From positions 1,216,001-1,280,000 of the forward strand of contig OZ244070.1 of assembly GCA_965215605.1 (NCBI GenBank): a stretch of DNA of 64,000 nt, given 5' to 3'. The translations under genes were made by a program, and so were the position numbers. The stretch comes from an uncultured Candidatus Binatia bacterium. GTDB lineage: Bacteria > Desulfobacterota > Binatia > UBA9968 > JAJDTQ01. Below the pieces are notes generated by a model. That model saw nothing but the letters and a program-made list of their open reading frames with translations. It was not told the origin of the DNA and searched no databases. Shown in pieces: positions 57,928 through 64,000 of this stretch (the first letter of the stretch is position 1; each line of letters opens with the position of its first letter).

Positions 57928-58059
57928 CCGGGTGCCGTCCGGTTTCCGGCCCGCGAGGTTGGTGAGTGCTTCTACCCAGGACCACCTCACTGGCAACACA
58001 GGACCGCGCGACCTGGGACACCTTCACCACGAAGCTGAAGCGGCCAGGAAGGAGACATC

Positions 58060-58284
58060 ATGGCGTATGCTCACGAACTTCTGGCGGAAGGCCGGGAGCA
58101 GGGCCTCGAAGAAGGCATGCAACGGGGCATGCTACAGGGCGTGCAACGCGGCAAGGTGGAGACGGTGGAGGGCTTTTTGAAGGCCGGAGTGACCTGGGAC
58201 GTGATCGAGTCGGCCACCGGGCTCGACGAAGCCGGGTTCCGGGCCCTCAAGGAGCGGTTGGCGGCGGACACCGAGTCAAAGTGA
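58060..58284 (+). CDS. Stand-alone (orphan) RpnS-like protein
   Basis: Only about 70 bp of upstream rpn sequence (57991-58059) kept, including the GGAAGGAG RBS; ORF intact. Confidence 0.7.
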   Translation: MAYAHELLAEGREQGLEEGMQRGMLQGVQRGKVETVEGFLKAGVTWDVIESATGLDEAGFRALKERLAADTESK

Positions 58285-58352
58285 CCGGGTGCCGTTCGGT
58301 GTCCCTTGAAGCCGGCGACCGATGGCTCGACCGGAAAGACATCCCGCAAATC

Positions 58353-60176
58353 TTATCGATTCGGAGCGACTCCTGGATGAACCCGATACAGGGCCGTTCC
58401 GTCCTGTTCCGTGACGGGGACAAGCCACCAGGGCGGATCGCCGGAGGCAAGCTGGTCACTGAGAAAGGCCGGTCGATCTCCATAGGCCGGCACGAACGCG
58501 TACTTCTGGCAGAACAGGATCGCATCGACGCCAAGCGCCCTTACGGTGGCAAGCGCCTCCTCCTCGGTGCCGGCGAAGATGCGGCGGTTGTTCGACAGCC
58601 CCTCCACGTTGCGATGATAGGGCGCGGCGAGAACCTTGTGGCGGGTGAGGAACAGGATGCGTGGCCCCACGTCGATGGGCGCCGCAATCGTTCGAACGCC
58701 GGCGCCCAAACCGGCGGGATCGGTAAGATCGCCAACCACGGACAGGACATCGCATTCAGCGTTCCCCCTATCCGCCGCCCGGTTCGAGCCCGGCAATAGC
58801 CGCGGCGGCACAACTACCGCGAGCATCAACAACAACGGTATACAGAGCCGTAACCCGATCCTCGCCGGCACGCTTTCCAAATCATCCACCCGTTTGTTGA
58901 CTGCCGCGGCTGGCAGAACCAGGGCGATGCTCGCCACCAGTCCGGCATAAGCTCCCCCCCGGATTTGCCAGGCGGCCAGCACTACGCCTGAAAGGACCAG
59001 CAGTGCCATGGCGGGCCAGCGCAGATCCGTCCGGTCCGAGGCGCGCATCCAGGACCAGCCCACGGCCACCAGTGCGGCGAGTGGCAGACTGACGGCGGAG
59101 ACGGCGGTACCCGGTTCCCGTTGGAAAAGACCCGCAAGCGATTGCGCTTCGGCCACTTTGTCGAGCCAGAAGCCTATTTCGTCGGAAAAGCTGGCATGAG
59201 GACTCCCCGCGCATTGGGGAAAGGCGGCCGCCACCGCCGCTAGCCCGACCATGCCCACGGCCGCCACCGTGGCGAATCGCACGGGCCAACGCGCCTCGGG
59301 CCGCAGGCGCCCGAAAGCCGTGGCAGCGGCCCCCGAGGCCAGGACCATGCCGCCCAGCGCCAAGTGAGGAAGGGACAGGCGATCACACGCGACGGTCGCC
59401 CACGCGGCCGGAGGCAGAGTGAGGAACAAGAGGATGACCGAGGTCGCGGCCAAGGCTCCGCCGAAACATGTCAACGCCGTGGCCGCCGGTCGGCCGCCCA
59501 ACACCCACGCCAGGCACAGGATGGTGGTGGCGGCGCCCAGGAACGGCAGGGTTTCGAGACCCACGGCCAGCGACGCGCCGCCTGCGATGCCGAGCCCCAC
59601 GGCCGCCCATGATCTTCCAGGCGCCAGGGACCGCAAGAGAAATCCGGCGCCCAGGGCGGTCAACACCAATTGCAGGCCGTGATGGTCGACCCGTCCCGGC
59701 AACATTTGCAGCAAGGGGATCACCAGAGCTGGCGTTGCCAGCACCGCGGCCGGCAATGCGGCGGCCCGGTCCGGGATCAGCGGGACGGCGGCCCAGAGGA
59801 ACAGCGCGGCAAACACTCCACCGAGCAGAGGCGGCGCCACCAGAACCGCAAAATCCACCGCCCTTGTGCGGCCGAGCCACGGTTCGGCCAGGGTGATGAC
59901 CGCGGCCAGGGGCAGATCGGCGAGCCGCGACCAGTGCATGTCCACGCCGGCCGGCGGATTCAGGCGCCGCTGCACCATGTCGTTCCAGCCCTGGCCGTCG
60001 ATCCAGTCGAGGACCTGCACCGCGCGCATGAAGTCGTCCGGACCCGCCAGCAGTCTGGCCGCTCCGCCGTCCCGGCCGAGACCGAAAGGCAACAGGGCCG
60101 CGAAGCACAGCACGGCGGCCAACGCATAGGGCAGGAAACCGGAAAGACGGCGCTCGTGCACAGGCGGTTCAGTCAT
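58353..60176 (-). CDS. STT3/oligosaccharyltransferase-like GT-C membrane protein
   Basis: GPDDFMR, MHWSRLADLP, PGRVDHH, VAEAQ, APYHRN; multi-TM; coupled to the upstream GT2. Confidence 0.6.
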   Translation of the reverse strand: MTEPPVHERRLSGFLPYALAAVLCFAALLPFGLGRDGGAARLLAGPDDFMRAVQVLDWIDGQGWNDMVQRRLNPPAGVDMHWSRLADLPLAAVITLAEPWLGRTRAVDFAVLVAPPLLGGVFAALFLWAAVPLIPDRAAALPAAVLATPALVIPLLQMLPGRVDHHGLQLVLTALGAGFLLRSLAPGRSWAAVGLGIAGGASLAVGLETLPFLGAATTILCLAWVLGGRPAATALTCFGGALAATSVILLFLTLPPAAWATVACDRLSLPHLALGGMVLASGAAATAFGRLRPEARWPVRFATVAAVGMVGLAAVAAAFPQCAGSPHASFSDEIGFWLDKVAEAQSLAGLFQREPGTAVSAVSLPLAALVAVGWSWMRASDRTDLRWPAMALLVLSGVVLAAWQIRGGAYAGLVASIALVLPAAAVNKRVDDLESVPARIGLRLCIPLLLMLAVVVPPRLLPGSNRAADRGNAECDVLSVVGDLTDPAGLGAGVRTIAAPIDVGPRILFLTRHKVLAAPYHRNVEGLSNNRRIFAGTEEEALATVRALGVDAILFCQKYAFVPAYGDRPAFLSDQLASGDPPWWLVPVTEQDGTALYRVHPGVAPNR

Positions 60177-61182
60177 GCGGGGACGGGTCAGAGGGGTTGG
60201 AGAATGTGCGGGACCGCGAGGGCGGGCTTGGCTGGCCGAGATAGTGCAGGCGCTTGATCTCCCGGCGTCCGAGGGTCACGGTGTCGAGGATGAGGCTGCA
60301 TGCCAGGCTCAGGAAGCCCAGCAGCGCGAGTCCGGTAGAGAGCACCGCGGTGGGGATGCGCGGCACCAAGCCGGTTTCCAGATATTCCGTCAGGAGCGGC
60401 CAAGCGAGGATGACGGCGGCCAGTTCCAGCAACACGAACACGGAGAAGAAACATTCCAGCGGCCGCTCCTCCTTGATCAGCGCGAAGATGGTCTTGAAGA
60501 TGGCGATCCCGTCGCGAACCGTTCTGAGCTTGCTGGACGACCCGTGAGGCCGTTCGTGATACGGGACTTCCAGCTCGGCGCAGGGCAGACGCATCTCGAG
60601 CGCATGCACGGCAATCTCGGTCTCGATTTCAAACCCCTTGGAGAGCGCGGGGAAGGACTTGACGAAACGGCGGGACAAGACCCGGTATCCCGACAGAACG
60701 TCGGAGAACTTCTGGCCGAAGATCAGGCCCACCATGGCGGTGATCACCCGGTTGCCGAACCGGTGACCCGGACGGTAGGCGGCCTTGAGGTCAAAGGCTC
60801 GCGCGCCGGTGACCATGTCCAGCGGGCCATCGATCAGACGCGCGATCATCTCCGGAGCGCGGTCCGCGGGATAGGTGCCGTCGCCGTCCACCAGGACGAA
60901 GACATCGGCGTCGATGTCGCCGAACATCCGGCGCACCACGTGGCCCTTCCCGGGCACCGGGTCGGAGCGGACCACCGCGCCGGCCCTGGCCGCAGTCTCT
61001 CCGGTGCGGTCGGTCGAGGCGTTGTCGTAGACATAGAAGCGCGCGGTGGGGAGCGCCGCCCTGAAGTCCTCCACCACTCCGGCAATGGCCGCCTCCTCGT
61101 CGCGGCACGGAATCACCACGGCAATCGAAAGATCGCCAAAATCGAACTTCTCGTCACCGATGGTTCCCACTCCCTTTGACAC
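60169..61182 (-). CDS. GT2 polyprenyl-phosphate glycosyltransferase (Dpm1/GtrB-like)
   Basis: VVIPCRDE, YDNASTD, GKG, VDGDGTY, DVLSGYR, GFEIETE, two C-terminal TMs; AGGAG RBS before GTG 61182. Confidence 0.88.
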   Translation of the reverse strand: MSKGVGTIGDEKFDFGDLSIAVVIPCRDEEAAIAGVVEDFRAALPTARFYVYDNASTDRTGETAARAGAVVRSDPVPGKGHVVRRMFGDIDADVFVLVDGDGTYPADRAPEMIARLIDGPLDMVTGARAFDLKAAYRPGHRFGNRVITAMVGLIFGQKFSDVLSGYRVLSRRFVKSFPALSKGFEIETEIAVHALEMRLPCAELEVPYHERPHGSSSKLRTVRDGIAIFKTIFALIKEERPLECFFSVFVLLELAAVILAWPLLTEYLETGLVPRIPTAVLSTGLALLGFLSLACSLILDTVTLGRREIKRLHYLGQPSPPSRSRTFSNPSDPSPHD

Positions 61183-61275
61183 GAATGCTCCTGACGTTAT
61201 CAGTCGGATTAGACAGGTGCAATCCGCGGGAAGGGGCGGCACCCGCAGGCATGGCTGCTCTTCGGCACCTGATCG

Positions 61276-61722
61276 TCACACGGCGGAGCCCATGCAGCGC
61301 TTTCCCACGTAATCGGCCAGCGTCGTCACGGTTTCACCGTGCTCGGTGGGCGCAACGGCCGTCACGAATCGACGATCCGCCGTCACTACCGTCGCGCCGA
61401 TGCGGTGCGCGAGCGCGAGATACACGCAGTCGTAAACCGGGTGGTCGAGGGCCAGCGCCAGACGCACCGCGTCCGCGGTGACGGTTTCGTCATCGTTCCA
61501 GCGCAACGGCATGTCGGGAAGCAAAGCCATGGCGGCGCCCGCATCGGCGCGCTCGATTTGACCCACCCGCACCTTGCGCCAAAGCGCATTGGCAACCTCG
61601 GAAGCCATCAGGCGCGGCGCGTGCAGTTCCTGTCCGCTCGCCGCCAGCTCCCGCGCAGCATCCGAATCGGGTTCGTCAACCAGTAACTTGACCGCCACGC
61701 TCGCATCGATGACGAAGCGCAT
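61276..61722 (-). CDS. vapC: PIN-domain VapC-family toxin
   Basis: VIDASVAVK, EVANAL, VYDCVYLALA, VTADRRF. Confidence 0.88.
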   Translation of the reverse strand: MRFVIDASVAVKLLVDEPDSDAARELAASGQELHAPRLMASEVANALWRKVRVGQIERADAGAAMALLPDMPLRWNDDETVTADAVRLALALDHPVYDCVYLALAHRIGATVVTADRRFVTAVAPTEHGETVTTLADYVGKRCMGSAV

Positions 61723-61982
61723 CAGAAATCGTCGCGGTGACCGCGTTCGCGGTCCTCGCGGATCAGCACTTCCGCCGGGGTTTGCTTGCGGCCCCTGGTC
61801 TTCTCCCGCAGCCGGTCCGACGCTTCCAGGAAAGCAGCGCGTTTCGTCGCCATGTCATCGTAGGCGGCGCACTCCAGAACGTGTCGTACCTCGCCTTCCA
61901 GGGAGCGGTTGTTCGACGAGGCGCGCCGCTTCAGGCGGTCCACCACATCGTCGTCGAGTTGTCGCACATTGATCGTCGCCAT
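61722..61982 (-). CDS. FitA-like ribbon-helix-helix antitoxin
   Basis: MATINVRQLDDDVVDRLKRRASSNNRSLEGEVRHVL; TGATG overlap with vapC. Confidence 0.85.
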   Translation of the reverse strand: MATINVRQLDDDVVDRLKRRASSNNRSLEGEVRHVLECAAYDDMATKRAAFLEASDRLREKTRGRKQTPAEVLIREDRERGHRDDF

Positions 61983-62171
61983 CGGCGTACCTCCAATCCC
62001 CAACAATGCTATCAGTTTGATAGCGCATCGTCGCGGCGCATGCGACCCCCCGGCCCGAAGGCCATCGCTCGCCCCTGTGTTGTCAATTGAGCAAAGGGGA
62101 CTTGGGACATGACCGCGTTGTCTAACATTAGGATTGAACATCAACATAAATCATGATAATATTCGAGAAAA

Positions 62172-63194
62172 ATGTTAGAAAGCCGTCACATCTCTTCGGA
62201 TTACAGCTACCATCGTGACCGCCTACAGGGCTATCTCGGAGCCATTCTACAGCGCGAGGTCCCTCTGAAGGACTGGGACGGGCATAAGGCGCTGCCTGTC
62301 TTTCTGACCCGCCTCTACCAATTCTTTGAAACGCGGGCCGGTCAAACGCCACTCCTCTTCATGTGGGCGGGCCAAACCGTGGAACACACGCCAGCAGAGA
62401 TCAGGAAGCACCTCGACTTGGCAAAGCGGAAGTTCGACGGAATAGTCGTGTATTCAACCGAACGACTCACAGCTCGCTTGCGCGCACGACTTGTTGCCGC
62501 TGGCGTCGCCTTCGCCGTGCCCGGTAATCAGCTCTTTATTCCGGAGCTCGCAACCGACTTGCGCGAACATTTCAGGGCACCTAAACCGAAACGGCCTGAC
62601 AAACTGTCGCCATCGACTCAACTATTGCTCTTTTTCCACCTCTTCCAGGATGAGCCGGCGCGACCGTGGACGCCAACCGAACTCACGGAACCTCTTCGGT
62701 ATTCGATCATGACCACGAGCCGGGCATTTGACGAGCTTGCCGCGGTCGGCCTTGCCCGGGTAGAGCGGCACGGCCGCAGGAAATTCTTGTCGTTCCGCTC
62801 CGAGGGACGCTTGCTGATCGACCTTTCCAAGACACTCCTGGTTCGTCCCGAACGTCGGCTGACCCATGTCCGTTGGAGGAAACACCCCCCTGACGTGCCG
62901 CTGGCTGGCGAGCATGCCCTCGCACGCTTCAGCGATCTCAGCCCGCCAACGACACCACCGGTTTACGCAGTGACGCCGCAACAGTTGCGCGACCTGCTCG
63001 CGGCCGGGTGGGCCGAACAGCGGGAGGCTGCCTATGACTCGGATGCAGCGCTTGCGACCTGGAGATACGATCCAAGGATACTGGCTCGCAACCGAGTGGT
63101 CGATCCTCTCTCTCTCTTCGCGCAGTTTTGGGACGATCCCGATGAACGCTTGTCCATGGCCGTCGACCGACTACTGGAGCACTGGACATGGTGA
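62172..63194 (+). CDS. HTH-containing putative antitoxin/regulator (AbiEi-like partner of a nucleotidyltransferase)
   Basis: FAVPGNQLFIP, HTH (YSIMTTSRAFDEL), LAGEHALARFSDLSPP, WRYDP, VDPLSL, DERL; overlaps the next ATG. Confidence 0.6.
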   Translation: MLESRHISSDYSYHRDRLQGYLGAILQREVPLKDWDGHKALPVFLTRLYQFFETRAGQTPLLFMWAGQTVEHTPAEIRKHLDLAKRKFDGIVVYSTERLTARLRARLVAAGVAFAVPGNQLFIPELATDLREHFRAPKPKRPDKLSPSTQLLLFFHLFQDEPARPWTPTELTEPLRYSIMTTSRAFDELAAVGLARVERHGRRKFLSFRSEGRLLIDLSKTLLVRPERRLTHVRWRKHPPDVPLAGEHALARFSDLSPPTTPPVYAVTPQQLRDLLAAGWAEQREAAYDSDAALATWRYDPRILARNRVVDPLSLFAQFWDDPDERLSMAVDRLLEHWTW

Positions 63195-63328
63195 AAGGAG
63201 CTGACCGGTTTCGAGAGTATTTCGCCGGGCACGAAGACAGCTACGCGCTGATTGGAGGCGCGGCCTGCGATATCCTTTTCGGCGAAGCCGGACTTCCGTT
63301 TCGCCTTGTAGGCGTCGCAAGGGTTTGA
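63188..63328 (+). pseudogene. Truncated nucleotidyltransferase (AbiEii-like) gene
   Basis: MVKGADRFREYFAGHEDSYALIGGAACDILFGEAGLPFR, then unrelated sequence and stop; breaks just before the expected RxTxDxD motif. Confidence 0.65.
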
Positions 63329-63567
63329 AACCTTGGCGGAAATCAAACTAAACGGTCAAGTCGCGCCTTGATTGCGTCGCAATCACTGAGGTGGTCCTGG
63401 TTTGTAGGACAGGAAGGCGGCGGAGTTAAGGTGTATTCCAGACGTTCGATCATGCCGCCAAGGTCCCGTCTATCACGTCTTCGTGTTCCGATGGAACTGG
63501 CAGAGGGGCGGGCGGGGTGTGAGGCCCAGCCTGCCTCTGGAGTCCTCGTTCGTAGGCCTCCGCCGGG

Positions 63568-63828
63568 GTGGATGCCACCACCGAGGCGGAGATTGCGGCG
63601 CAGGAGCGGGAGGACAAGAAAGAGGCCATGCAGGACATGGCGCGGTATGCGCGGCGGATCCGGCGGCGGCTCGGGCTGGCGCAGACCGAGCTGGCGCGCC
63701 GCATCGACGTGCCGCATGAGACGATCCGCAACTGGGAGCAGGGCAAGCGCTGCCCGACCGGCGCGGCGCGCGCCCTGTTGCGGGTGCTCGACAAGGCACC
63801 GGAAACCGCGCTCCGCGTACTGACCTGA
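63568..63828 (+). CDS. XRE/HTH_3 antitoxin-like regulator (probably N-terminally truncated, no toxin seen)
   Basis: LGLAQTELARRIDVPHETIRNWEQGKRCPTGAARALL. Confidence 0.75.
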   Translation: MDATTEAEIAAQEREDKKEAMQDMARYARRIRRRLGLAQTELARRIDVPHETIRNWEQGKRCPTGAARALLRVLDKAPETALRVLT

Positions 63829-63918
63829 AAGGATGGCGGCGGTGCCGCCCGACCAACTTTTTTCGATCATACGTCAGGCGCCGCATGAAATGGGCCGGAA
63901 ACGGGCGCGGAAGCACGA

Positions 63919-63951
63919 AGACCGACATCTCCATGCGGGAGATGTCGGTCT
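63919..63951 (-). terminator. Hairpin just downstream of the tRNA (probable terminator)
   Basis: Perfect 14-bp stem AGACCGACATCTCC / GGAGATGTCGGTCT with a 5-nt loop; weak U-tract. Confidence 0.65.
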
Positions 63952-63954
63952 CGG

Positions 63955-64000
<46 letters not shown>

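Overview
GC-rich bacterial window. 1-12.3 kb is mostly housekeeping: partial AAA/DUF4143 ATPase, trpE-trpG, folK, dapL, NYN RNase, alpha/beta hydrolase and a YhaN/YhaO-like (Rad50/Mre11-like) pair. 12.7-20.7 kb holds an unusual sensory block: two paralogous Cache/PDC-TM-HAMP receptors with no output domain, two CxxCH c-type heme lipoproteins, an orphan amtB and a TPR protein. 20.7-37.5 kb is an apparently complete Tad/Flp pilus locus split into two convergent operons. It includes a 57-aa Flp pilin missing from the ORF track, pilins with Ala instead of Gly at the cleavage site, a near-consensus sigma54 promoter and an adjacent sensor kinase plus sigma54 activator. 37.6-61.2 kb is a rearranged surface-glycosylation island with four GT-C-fold transferases (TMTC-, PIG-B/GT22-, AftB- and STT3-like), a GME-like epimerase, a plant-type RGP/GT75 mutase homolog, GT2s, a flippase-like protein and a YIDPG-NoeA-sulfatase-like cassette hit by IS630. 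Embedded in it is an Rpn nuclease array with intragenic RpnS antitoxin starts, an orphan RpnS and an IS21 insertion. The window ends with TA modules and the 3' half of tRNA-fMet. All calls come from motif recognition by eye; no database searches were run.
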